Shown here: piece after piece, positions 1-9,474 of the stretch | Position numbering within the stretch: position 1 is the first letter of the stretch | Layout: each line of letters begins with the position of its first letter | DNA from: a virus | IMG/VR virus record: IMGVR_UViG_3300044510_000078 | Direction: 5' to 3' (one strand) | DNA length: 64,000 bases | Made by a program: the position numbers and the translations under genes | The notes under the pieces: generated by a model | Database searches by the model: none | What the model was told of the DNA's origin: nothing | The model's input: only the letters and a program-made list of their open reading frames with translations

Positions 1-3000
1 CTGATAAGCGTATGGCCCATACATCGGATGACGTTTAACGAAAGTGTCAGATGGTTGTCCAAGCCAAAAATACTGCATACCAGCATTACCAAACCTTAAA
101 CCGGGAGCGACAAAGTTAAAATTAGGAACCCTTACTTTTCCTTTATCGTCACACAAAATGTAATATCTATCAAAAGCCTCTACAAAATATAATTGATTTC
201 TTCCCAATGACGGAGTTGTATATCCACAATTTGTTCCCGCTAAGTCTGTAGGTTTCAATACTTTAGTTTTAACATGAAGGTATGCCTCTTGTTTTTCGGT
301 CAAGTTATAAACGCTTGGGATAAAAATAAAATCTTTATTTTCATCTTGAAGGGTTGAAGCTTTACCAAATCTTTTTATTAGTCCTAAATTATTATGAAAT
401 TGCCATTGACTTATACCAAGATACGGTTGTTCTCCCCTAGATAATATCGGAGGATAAAGTTCTCCAATATGATTCAATTTAGAATATAGAACCGCAGGAG
501 GGTTTCTCATCCCAAAAACGGCGGGTTGCTCGACGAATTGATGTCTAATCTCTTTGCCTCCAAGAGTTGCATTTATTTTAACACCTTTTCCGCCAATTGG
601 CATTGCGTAATTAGAACAAGTTGGTAAATGTTTATAACCATAGAGAAGAGCGCCCTTTTCGTCATCAAGGTCAATTTTAAATCTGACCAATGCTCCATAT
701 TCTATTGGCCTTGCCATTTCTCCTCTTTGTCCCCGATTATCTATTGTTGTAGCTGGTGCATAAGAACGAGTTTGACCCCGTTTTCCAATTAATCCTTTTA
801 TTTTTGTTCCTATTGCCGTTTCGCCCAATCTAATAAATCTTTTCTTTTCTATAGTTTCTTCTATTACGGCTCCAACATCAGTTTCATATCCGTCATAAGA
901 AACGGAAACCGCATCGGAAACTGGGGTCGCAGCAACAGTTTTCTTATCTCCAGACTTGTCTTCTATCTCGAATTTAATATCCAATTGAGCCCCAGCATAT
1001 CCACCACCATTTTTAAAAGATACATCAAACAGTGTAAAATTTTCTGCCTTTATCTCAAATGGGTCACTGGCCCTTACCCCAAATCGTCCCGACGCCAAAC
1101 AGTAATAGTAGTAGTTAGAAGCGTCTGAGTTTTTGACGCCCTCTAAAAACAAATAACTGTCTCTGTTTACAGATTTTAACGAACTCCAAACTGGGGAACA
1201 TCCAGTTGGATGTATGAAAGAACATTCAGGTCCGTCGGTTCCCTCCAAACAACTCCAAACGCCAGTTGGGTCTGCCGCTTGAATATTTTGATGCCAATAG
1301 TTTCCACGTAAAACCTCGTTGATGTCTGCTTTCCTAACTCTATGCCAAGAGTATTTCATAGGATAGAGATAACGGCCCTTCGAGTCTGTAAGCTTCAATC
1401 TATCAGTCCAATATTTGACTTCTGGATACCTTTTGTTGATTTTGTCTTCTGGAATTGTGTGATAGTCAACCGCTAAAGCTCTAAAAGTTGGTGACTGGCC
1501 CAATTTACAATAAACGCTTTGTGGATTTTGAATAAAAATTGGAGTAAAACAAGAAAAATTATAATCCAATTTACCTATTTCACTGACTCCAACCCCTAAC
1601 CACCCACTTGTCCTATATTTTTGAGGTGGCGAAACTTGTGGATTTGGGTTTATTTCACCATCAATTACTGGATGATAACTTTTGTTAGGTAAAGTTCTTC
1701 CGCAAGCAGGATTGTTAAAAGCGCCGGGATAAAAATAATTAGAACCAACCGAAAGACCATTTACAATAGAAACAACATCTATTAAATTTTTGCCGGTATT
1801 AGCGAATGCCCCCTCAAAATAACGGCGCGGAATATCCGGTAAAATAGAATTCTTTCCCCAAGTCGCAAACCTTCTCCCCCAGCGCTCATGCTGTTCATAA
1901 TCTATCGCATTGTCAAAAGAATAATAAATATCATTCAATGGAAATAAATCAATAGGATAACCCTTTGAAAAATTTTCCAAATATCTAGTCCTTAATCGCT
2001 CTTCCCTACCAGATATACCGCTTTGATAATAGTCATATCTTGGAGAACCATCACTATTCGCAACAAAACTACCCCAACTAGATAAAAGCCAATTAAAATC
2101 AACTTTATTTTCTACACCAGTGAACAATTTATTAAGTCTATTTTCAAAAAGATTATAAGTTTTTGAATCATGTAAAATATCAGCTCCATATCCACGTTGC
2201 AAAATTATATTTAAATGCTCATGTCCCTGCTCCTGATAAGATGGTTTGATTACAATTGAAGGCTTGGCAGTTCTACTGATTAAATTTGGAATGTTCTTTA
2301 AACTATAAGAATACAAATTCAGTAAAGTAATAAAATCAGCAGCAAATTCTTTATTTGAGGCTAGCCTTTGATATTCTTGGCTGCCTGAAAAATAAGGGAA
2401 GTTCGCCCACAAATAAAACCCGCGATTGCCGACTGCATGATTATTAAAGTATTCTTCTGCTTTTGCCGTAAGAAGTAAATTGTTATAAACCGCGTCCGAA
2501 TACAAACCATTAGATTCATAAGGCGGGTCAAAATTTCTTTCTGAATCGTCTAGGCTTAAAGGTTGCGGCACTTCATAAACTGGCACGCCACTTTTTATTC
2601 CGCTTTTGTCAAAACTAATTTCTCTATTTAATTTTTTACAAGTATTAAAAAATCTAGTTCCAAAAAAACCAAATTTTTTAATTGCGCTATAATAAGGAAC
2701 TTCAAAATAATCACTTGGACAAGCCTTAATAGCGCCACCAAAAGAATAAGGAAGAAAATCAACAATATCCTGACACTGCCTATTGTCCCACCAATAATTT
2801 ACATCAGAAAGTCTAGCGTCAAATAGTTGAGTCCCTTTACTACTAGCCCTTGCAAAAGCCCTATTTGGGTCAGCCCCCTCTGGAAGACTTGCCGTAAGAA
2901 AACTATTATAAAATGGAAGCGTATCGGCATTTTCTTTAAAAACCCATTCCCAATAATCCCACGGGTCGTAATTAAACGTCACATCTGAATCGTGGAAATA

Positions 3001-3981
3001 CTGAACTAATTGTCCGTTGTTACCTATCCCAGCGCTAACCTTCGTTTCCATCGTAGAGGCGCGACACAGGTTGTTGTTTATTTTGCTATGGTTTCCTATA
3101 GAGCCTGAATTTGTGGTCCAACTGTATGATGTATAGTTTGAAATTGTTTCGTCATCTTCGTTTACATCTCCAGTAATTTTATAAGTTGAAGGGAGCCCTT
3201 GTCCATTGTAAATTTTTTCGAGTTTATATCTTGCGCCTAAATTTAATTCGTCAATATCGAGAGATGTAGGAACCGGATTGTTGTTATAGCAATTACCACC
3301 CAGCCCACCAGAGAAAGTTCCAGCAATAAATGTATAATTTAATTCTTCAAAATAAAATGGTTGCGTTAAAACAGGAGGGCATTCTTCGTAAGGTCCATGA
3401 ATCGGTAAAAGCTGGTCCCGAACCATTGTCGGGTCAATGACGTGATTAGTCACGTTTTTAGAAACAATACCAATAAGTTCATTGTATTCTTTAACGTTTA
3501 TTTTTGCACACCCGCCGTTTTCCAACTGTTCTGTGAAAGAGTAAGCATCGCCCAGCGCCTCGGCCATTGAAATCGTTTGTCCATGAGGAGGCTCGAAAAA
3601 ACCCATCGGATAAAAGCCTTGATAAAAATTGAATCTATGCTTTTTATCAACTTCTCGACCACGGCAAGTTTCAAATAAAAGAGAATTTCCAGAAACAATT
3701 AAAAATCCAGATATGTCACTACCAATTAAGTCGTTTGGATGGACTATATTTCCATAACCAGCAATAGCCCCACCAAAAAGATAATTGTTTGATAAAGAAT
3801 TATCTGGTTTAATAACAAAAGCGTCGAAATCTTTAGAAGACGTTTGCGGGTCAGATTTGTATATATTAAATTTTCTATTTAAAATACCAGTTTGACGAAA
3901 ACTTATTGACCCCAAAAATAGGTTAGAATTATAATTTTCACTATAATTCCTTACCACTCCACCTGTAATACGCAACTTCAT
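1..3981 (-). CDS. Large putative virion (tail tip/baseplate) protein, 3'-truncated by window edge, >1327 aa
   Basis: Manual translation from ATG at 3981 (MKLRITGGVVRNYSENYNSNLFLGSISF...) stays open to position 1 (...HPMYGPYAYQ); absent from the ORF track, presumably because it has no stop in the window. Same strand and composition as the tail genes; function inferred from context. Confidence 0.8.
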   Translation of the reverse strand, partial: MKLRITGGVVRNYSENYNSNLFLGSISFRQTGILNRKFNIYKSDPQTSSKDFDAFVIKPDNSLSNNYLFGGAIAGYGNIVHPNDLIGSDISGFLIVSGNSLLFETCRGREVDKKHRFNFYQGFYPMGFFEPPHGQTISMAEALGDAYSFTEQLENGGCAKINVKEYNELIGIVSKNVTNHVIDPTMVRDQLLPIHGPYEECPPVLTQPFYFEELNYTFIAGTFSGGLGGNCYNNNPVPTSLDIDELNLGARYKLEKIYNGQGLPSTYKITGDVNEDDETISNYTSYSWTTNSGSIGNHSKINNNLCRASTMETKVSAGIGNNGQLVQYFHDSDVTFNYDPWDYWEWVFKENADTLPFYNSFLTASLPEGADPNRAFARASSKGTQLFDARLSDVNYWWDNRQCQDIVDFLPYSFGGAIKACPSDYFEVPYYSAIKKFGFFGTRFFNTCKKLNREISFDKSGIKSGVPVYEVPQPLSLDDSERNFDPPYESNGLYSDAVYNNLLLTAKAEEYFNNHAVGNRGFYLWANFPYFSGSQEYQRLASNKEFAADFITLLNLYSYSLKNIPNLISRTAKPSIVIKPSYQEQGHEHLNIILQRGYGADILHDSKTYNLFENRLNKLFTGVENKVDFNWLLSSWGSFVANSDGSPRYDYYQSGISGREERLRTRYLENFSKGYPIDLFPLNDIYYSFDNAIDYEQHERWGRRFATWGKNSILPDIPRRYFEGAFANTGKNLIDVVSIVNGLSVGSNYFYPGAFNNPACGRTLPNKSYHPVIDGEINPNPQVSPPQKYRTSGWLGVGVSEIGKLDYNFSCFTPIFIQNPQSVYCKLGQSPTFRALAVDYHTIPEDKINKRYPEVKYWTDRLKLTDSKGRYLYPMKYSWHRVRKADINEVLRGNYWHQNIQAADPTGVWSCLEGTDGPECSFIHPTGCSPVWSSLKSVNRDSYLFLEGVKNSDASNYYYYCLASGRFGVRASDPFEIKAENFTLFDVSFKNGGGYAGAQLDIKFEIEDKSGDKKTVAATPVSDAVSVSYDGYETDVGAVIEETIEKKRFIRLGETAIGTKIKGLIGKRGQTRSYAPATTIDNRGQRGEMARPIEYGALVRFKIDLDDEKGALLYGYKHLPTCSNYAMPIGGKGVKINATLGGKEIRHQFVEQPAVFGMRNPPAVLYSKLNHIGELYPPILSRGEQPYLGISQWQFHNNLGLIKRFGKASTLQDENKDFIFIPSVYNLTEKQEAYLHVKTKVLKPTDLAGTNCGYTTPSLGRNQLYFVEAFDRYYILCDDKGKVRVPNFNFVAPGLRFGNAGMQYFWLGQPSDTFVKRHPMYGPYAYQ

Positions 3982-3993
3982 GTGTTTTATGTC

Positions 3994-4022
3994 TTGACAA
4001 ACGCCTAAATCCTTCGTAATAT
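3994..4022 (+). promoter_or_regulatory. sigma70-type promoter TTGACA-17-TAATAT
   Basis: Consensus -35 at 3994-3999, 17-bp spacer, -10 at 4017-4022; ATG at 4033. Confidence 0.75.
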
Positions 4023-4032
4023 ATATACACTT

Positions 4033-4575
4033 ATGATACAACTTTATAAACCCAATTCTAGGGTAACAGGAGCAGCGTGCGGCATATGGTTTAGCACAAC
4101 CGAACAGGCGTTTTTCTTTCAAATTATCAAACAGGCTAGCTGGAATGAAAAAACAAAAACCGGTTCTTTTGCAGAAAATAGAACTAACCAAGATAAAAAA
4201 GTCGTAGTCAAATTCAGCGTATTTGAAATAGGAGGATTTCTTAATGCGATTGACAACAATACGCAACTAAGCAAATATCACAAAACCGCCAATCATAGCA
4301 CCCAAATTAGATTTGGCCCATACATGGATAAAGTTGACCCAAGTAAACAACTTGGATTTTCACTATCAGTCATTAAAGAAAAGAAAGAAGATTCAGTAAA
4401 TAAAATCTCATTCCTAATCGGAATTACGCCAGACGAAGCAAGGGTCATTAAAGAATATTTAACATTTGGAATAAATGCCATCCTTAATGCCCCAAGAGAA
4501 AAAGAGCCCGCAAAAGAACCCATCCAAGAACAGGAACAGCAAGAGGCTCCTAATTCTCCTGAACCAGCCTTCTAA
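4033..4575 (+). CDS. Putative Whirly-like single-stranded DNA-binding protein
   Basis: Motif order QLYK...VKFSVFEIGGFL...KYH...GFSLSV...IGITPDEARVIKEYL parallels plant Whirly (IYK...FSLSVTEIG...FFH...FNLSV...IPVTKAEF); acidic/Pro C-terminal tail typical of SSBs. Confidence 0.55.
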   Translation: MIQLYKPNSRVTGAACGIWFSTTEQAFFFQIIKQASWNEKTKTGSFAENRTNQDKKVVVKFSVFEIGGFLNAIDNNTQLSKYHKTANHSTQIRFGPYMDKVDPSKQLGFSLSVIKEKKEDSVNKISFLIGITPDEARVIKEYLTFGINAILNAPREKEPAKEPIQEQEQQEAPNSPEPAF

Positions 4576-6500
4576 TGAAGAAAAAAAAGATTTTATTCCA
4601 ATCAGATTTTAGTTTAGCGAAAACTGGTTTCGGCAGAAATGCAAAAGCTTTGCTTGAATATCTTTATAAAACAAATAAATATGAAATTATTCACTATTGC
4701 GTTGGTATAAACTATTCTAATCCAGAATTAGAAAGAACTCCTTGGAAGTCTGTCGGTTGTCTGCCAGACAGCCAACAGGAGCTTCAAGAACTAAACCGCG
4801 ACCCACATATAGCCAGACAAGCCGGATACGGGGCGCACTTTTTAGATAAAGTAATCTACGAAAATAAACCAGACGTTTATCTAGCTGTCCAAGACATATG
4901 GGGCGTAGATTTCGCAATTGGAAGAAAATGGTTCAATAAAATTAATTCAGTAATTTGGACTACGCTAGACTCTTTACCGATACTACCAAGCGCCATTGAC
5001 GCAGCGAAAAAAACAAAAAATTATTGGGTGTGGAGCAATTTCGCAACCAAAGCTCTACATGAAAAGGGGTTAAATCATGTCAAAACGCTACATGGAGCCA
5101 TAGATGATAAGTTTTTTTATAAACTTTTAGACTCTCAAAAGCAATCTCTCAGACAAAAGTTTAATATTCAAGATTCATTCGTTGTTGGATTTGTATTTAG
5201 AAACCAACTAAGAAAATCCGTTCCCAATCTTCTCGAAGGATATGCTCTTTTTAAGAAACAAAACCCAGAACTTAAAAATGCAAAACTATTATTACATACA
5301 CATTTTGGAGAGGGATGGAAAATTCACAAATTAGCAGAAGAATATCAAATTCCAAAATCCGACATTTTAACAACATACGTCTGTAAAAATTGCGCCCAGT
5401 ATCAGGTTAAAGAATTTTCCGGACAAGACATAAAATGTCCATATTGTAATGATGAAAAAGGACAGGTGACTACACAGCCGGGTATAGGCGTTTCAGAAGC
5501 CCAGTTAAATGAGATATACAATCTTATGAACGTATATTGCCACCCATTTACGTCAGGAGGGCAAGAAATTCCCATTCAAGAAGCTAAACTCTGTGAGCTT
5601 GTCACGCTCGTAACTAACTATAGCTGCGGAGAAGAGATGTGCGAACAAGAAGCTCACTCACTTGCACTAGACTATGCCAAGTATAGAGAGCATGAAACCG
5701 AGTTTATCAAAGCCTCTACGTCCCCAAATTCAATAGCAAAACAGTTAAGTAAGGTTTATGAACTTAACAAAAAAAATAACAGCATATTAAAACAAATGGG
5801 TAAGTCTGCAAGAGATTGGGTTTTGAAAAACTTTAGCATCTCTGTCATTGGTAAAAAAATAGAAGATTTTATTGACAACTCTCCAGAGGTTGAATTTTCT
5901 TTCTCTCAAGAGGAGGAACAAAAAAACCCTTTCGCAGAAATTAATTCATCTCTCCCCGATGAGGAATGGGTGCTTTCTTTATATAAATCAATCCTAAAAA
6001 TGTCAGACATTACAAAAGAGGATGAAGGATTTAAGTATTGGATACAGGAATTATCTAGGGGTGCGTCCAGACAAGAAATAGAAAAATTCTTCCGCACCGA
6101 AGCCATGAAGAAAAATCAACAAAATAAAACTCATAATTTTGAAGATTTGCTTGGGCGAGAAGGTAAAGACAAAAGAATACTCTATGTTATGCCAGAATCC
6201 ATTGGGGATGTGTTTCTATCAACGGCTCTTTTTAAATCTTTAAAAGAGTCTTACCCAGAACACAATCTGTATGTCGCCACAAAACCAGAAAACTTTGAAA
6301 TACTCGAAGGAAACCCAAGCGTTTTTAAAATTCTCTCTTATTCTCCGGTAATGGACAACTTACTTTGGCTTGAGGGGCATGGAAAACATCAAGGATTTTT
6401 CAAAGCGGCTTTTCTGGCCCATTTAGGGACTCAAAGAATTTTAAACTACATTCATAATGGAGAAGATAGAAGCCCAATCGAATTGAACTACAACAGGTAA
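4575..6500 (+). CDS. Multidomain glycosyltransferase: GT4-like (GT-B) with Zn-ribbon insert, DUF4214-like segment, N-terminal half of a GT9-like domain
   Basis: KTGFGRN, GFVFRNQLRKSVPNLLE, YCHPFTSGGQEIPIQEAKLC (GT4 EX7E-like); CKNC-x14-CPYC; VLSLYKSIL...GFKYWIQEL..GASRQEI; C-terminal RILYVMPESIGDVFLSTALFKSLKESYP. Confidence 0.8.
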   Translation: MKKKKILFQSDFSLAKTGFGRNAKALLEYLYKTNKYEIIHYCVGINYSNPELERTPWKSVGCLPDSQQELQELNRDPHIARQAGYGAHFLDKVIYENKPDVYLAVQDIWGVDFAIGRKWFNKINSVIWTTLDSLPILPSAIDAAKKTKNYWVWSNFATKALHEKGLNHVKTLHGAIDDKFFYKLLDSQKQSLRQKFNIQDSFVVGFVFRNQLRKSVPNLLEGYALFKKQNPELKNAKLLLHTHFGEGWKIHKLAEEYQIPKSDILTTYVCKNCAQYQVKEFSGQDIKCPYCNDEKGQVTTQPGIGVSEAQLNEIYNLMNVYCHPFTSGGQEIPIQEAKLCELVTLVTNYSCGEEMCEQEAHSLALDYAKYREHETEFIKASTSPNSIAKQLSKVYELNKKNNSILKQMGKSARDWVLKNFSISVIGKKIEDFIDNSPEVEFSFSQEEEQKNPFAEINSSLPDEEWVLSLYKSILKMSDITKEDEGFKYWIQELSRGASRQEIEKFFRTEAMKKNQQNKTHNFEDLLGREGKDKRILYVMPESIGDVFLSTALFKSLKESYPEHNLYVATKPENFEILEGNPSVFKILSYSPVMDNLLWLEGHGKHQGFFKAAFLAHLGTQRILNYIHNGEDRSPIELNYNR

Positions 6501-7675
6501 TGCATTTACTGAAAACATATTCATTAGCCAGCGGAGCCATGATAGACAAGCCATTTATCTATCAGAAATTTTTTCCATTACCATTTAGTGATTTTATTAC
6601 ATTTCATCCATGCTCTAAAAATTCTAAAACCTATGATTATTGGCAAGATGTCATTGATGAAATTTTTCCAGTATTAAATAATTTAAATATCAAAATAATA
6701 CAAATTGGCGCATCTGGGGAACATTCTTATAAAAACTGCATTAACATACAAGGCGGGACGGGTTTGGGACAAGTGGCGTATCTTTTAAACAAGGCGCGAC
6801 TGCACTTAGGCGCTGATAGTTTTCCAGTTCACATGGCGTCTTCAATGTCAAAAAAGATAGTCGCGCTTTATGCAAATAATTTTATATCAAACGTTTCTCC
6901 ATATTGGAGTAGGCCAGAAGACGTTGCCCTTTTAGAACCAAACAGAGGGAAAGACAATCCCAATTTCGTATTAGACGAAAATCCAAAAACAATAAATAAA
7001 ATTCCAACAGAGGATATTGTTAATTCTGTATTCAAGCTGCTTGAAATAAATTCAAAAAGCCAAAACAAAACAATATTTGTTGGTTCTAGGTATTCAAACA
7101 CAAATCTTATAATGGATTTTGTTCCAAATCAAGTTGTCAACTTTGCAGGGCAAAAAATGCCGACAATCGAACTGAGAATGGACTTAGAGTTTAATGAAGA
7201 AATCCTTAAAAAACAACTTTCTACCTCAAAGTGCTCCATTATTACAAACAGGCCAATAAGTAAAGATATTCTTGTTTATTTTAAGAAAAATGTCGTGGCT
7301 GTTTTTTATATTGTAGAACAGTCTGACAACCCAGAGTTTATTAGATTACTTAAAAATCTCGGAATTAAAACCGCGCTGATTTCCTATCTAAGCGAGGAAG
7401 AGCTTTCTACTAAAAAAATAAACTACTACGAACTTGGAAAAATCAATAGGATTCCAGCCACAAATAAAGAAATTTTAGATTTATTGAATAAAGAGTCCAA
7501 TCTTTATTATAAATCAAACAAATTAATCCACAGTAACAAAAACATATTCTTTAGCGTTGCAGACTTCAAAAATAATCTACCAGCAAGCATAAATCAATAC
7601 GTAAAAATTAACAAATTAAATGAAGATTTTGCTTCTGAAATTGAACATTTCAAAATCGTAAAAAAGCTTGACTAA
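6500..7675 (+). CDS. GT9 (heptosyltransferase-like) C-terminal-half protein with additional C-terminal domain
   Basis: FITFHP..KNSKTYDYW, IIQIG, LGQVAYLLNKARLHLGADSFPVHMASSMSKKIVALY; lacks the N-terminal GD motif half; TAATG overlap with the upstream gene. Confidence 0.7.
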   Translation: MHLLKTYSLASGAMIDKPFIYQKFFPLPFSDFITFHPCSKNSKTYDYWQDVIDEIFPVLNNLNIKIIQIGASGEHSYKNCINIQGGTGLGQVAYLLNKARLHLGADSFPVHMASSMSKKIVALYANNFISNVSPYWSRPEDVALLEPNRGKDNPNFVLDENPKTINKIPTEDIVNSVFKLLEINSKSQNKTIFVGSRYSNTNLIMDFVPNQVVNFAGQKMPTIELRMDLEFNEEILKKQLSTSKCSIITNRPISKDILVYFKKNVVAVFYIVEQSDNPEFIRLLKNLGIKTALISYLSEEELSTKKINYYELGKINRIPATNKEILDLLNKESNLYYKSNKLIHSNKNIFFSVADFKNNLPASINQYVKINKLNEDFASEIEHFKIVKKLD

Positions 7676-7696
7676 TCAACAGGAACAGGGTAATCT
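7668..7696 (+). promoter_or_regulatory. sigma70-type promoter TTGACT-17-TAATCT (probably leaderless)
   Basis: -35 at 7668-7673, 17-bp spacer, -10 at 7691-7696; ATG 6 nt later at 7703, no Shine-Dalgarno. Confidence 0.7.
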
Positions 7697-7702
7697 ATCA
7701 AG

Positions 7703-8437
7703 ATGAGCGAAAACACTCCAAAACTAACTACGCGTAATGAACTTGGCCTCATAGACACGGTAACTTATGCATTTAACGAAGATGGCTCAATTGATTGGCG
7801 CAAAATGATTAACCCCAAATACCTTGTCCCGAACAAACAAGTTTTTGATAAAAGAAAAAAAGAAATCCCCCAATCAATAGAGGGTCTTGAAGATAAAGAA
7901 TTGTTAATTCTGCTCCACGGCTTAAAAGAACTTGCAAAAATTAGGGGCTTTTCCTCTGTCGAATATAAGGTTTCTGCGCCATCTGACTCTTGTATTTTGG
8001 CGGTCTGTTCAATATCTTGGATTCCTAATTACGAAACAGAAAACAGACCCGTCCTTTTTTCTGCCATCGGAGACGCGACGCCATTTAACACTAATGGATT
8101 TGGTAGAACATTTTTAGGACCAATAGCAGAAAATAGGTCTTTCGTTCGGTGCGTTAGAAACTTTTTGAGAATTAATATCACCGGACAAGACGAAATCGGT
8201 GGACAAAACCCTTCAGAAGAACCCTCTCAGGAGTCTTCTCAAAAGGAAACGATAGTCACCCCAGCCTCTTTATTAAACGAGGTAATGAAAGGAAAAAAAA
8301 TAACATTTGAACAAGTAAAATCCAAACTTAAAAAAGAAGGATTTAAGGATGCAGACGTTCTTTCTTCGTTAGAAGAAATTCCCAAGGTTAAAATTTTTGA
8401 ACTTATAGAAAGAATCAAAAACTACTCTCAATGCTAA
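7703..8437 (+). CDS. Putative Rad52-superfamily single-strand annealing protein
   Basis: ILLHGLKELA..RG, FSAIGDATPFN, FLGPIAENRSFVRCVRNFLRINITGQDEI resembles the AETRA..RALR....I...EE core of Rad52/Sak-like annealases; small helical C-terminal domain. Confidence 0.6.
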   Translation: MSENTPKLTTRNELGLIDTVTYAFNEDGSIDWRKMINPKYLVPNKQVFDKRKKEIPQSIEGLEDKELLILLHGLKELAKIRGFSSVEYKVSAPSDSCILAVCSISWIPNYETENRPVLFSAIGDATPFNTNGFGRTFLGPIAENRSFVRCVRNFLRINITGQDEIGGQNPSEEPSQESSQKETIVTPASLLNEVMKGKKITFEQVKSKLKKEGFKDADVLSSLEEIPKVKIFELIERIKNYSQC

Positions 8438-9474
8438 GAGACTATAATTGGAGAATAGGTCGGATTATAGATTATCGTTCCCGCTTGCCTTACTTGGGGT
8501 GTTGGGAACGAATTAGGAGTAGTAACTATTAAGGGTTGACATTCGTTGTTTATTTCTCTAACTTTATTGTCTTCATTTATATCTTCGTAAGCTACATTTG
8601 TGAAGAATATATTTTGAAATACTCTAAAAACATATGGATTATTTTTGATGTTTGTGGCTCCCGCAAAATTAAAAGTATTTAATAAAATCTTATCATATTT
8701 ACAAATTTCACTTGAATGAATATATCTCCAAAATAAAGCAAAAGCATATCTATTGAGCAAAAACCAATAGGTGTTGCCGTCAATGGTTCCAGCAACTTTA
8801 GTCACGCCTATTGGAAAGGATGGCATATATCCACTAAAAAGATTATTGTAATTATTTGCTGTGTTTGGACTAGCCAAACACTTTTTCTTCGCTTCTGTAA
8901 ATCGAGCGTTTTGCGGTGGGTTTGTTCCATATATTTGAAATCCAGTAGAGCAAGCGGTGTCGGGCGTAGGGTCTGTGGCGATATATGCGGCGTTCATATC
9001 ATAATCCGCACCAGTCAATGTTGAGTTACCGAACTCTGATTTGAAAATCGCGTCCGAAACAGGAATTGGAGTTTTGAATTTTTTTATTTTTAATGTCTCT
9101 CCAATTTGATAAGGCTTGTTAATTTTCGGAATATTGCTAAGTGAATAGTTTTGAATTGAGCCTATATTTATGTTCCCAACCGCATCTGAGCGTCTCTGGT
9201 TTGCTTGAGAACCAGAGACACCACCATCTACATTAATCCAGAGATGTTGTGGGCGCAAAACAACGCCAAACATTGACCTGTATTGGGTTGACGTAGGAAT
9301 TCTATCGCACGATTCAAGCATCACAATAACAAACCTACTTAAAATATCAAAATGTTTGTCTTCTGTAATGCCGGGGTCGCCATAATTAGCCACAACCCTA
9401 GCAGTAAGAATTTCCTCTTCGGTATTCTTTTTTGTTATTTGTCGCTGATTTAAATTTTGTTTATTTTGTGACAT
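8434..9474 (-). CDS. Hypothetical protein, probably virion/tail-associated
   Basis: 346-aa ORF at the distal end of the tail operon; no motif recognised. Confidence 0.55.
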   Translation of the reverse strand: MSQNKQNLNQRQITKKNTEEEILTARVVANYGDPGITEDKHFDILSRFVIVMLESCDRIPTSTQYRSMFGVVLRPQHLWINVDGGVSGSQANQRRSDAVGNINIGSIQNYSLSNIPKINKPYQIGETLKIKKFKTPIPVSDAIFKSEFGNSTLTGADYDMNAAYIATDPTPDTACSTGFQIYGTNPPQNARFTEAKKKCLASPNTANNYNNLFSGYMPSFPIGVTKVAGTIDGNTYWFLLNRYAFALFWRYIHSSEICKYDKILLNTFNFAGATNIKNNPYVFRVFQNIFFTNVAYEDINEDNKVREINNECQPLIVTTPNSFPTPQVRQAGTIIYNPTYSPIIVS

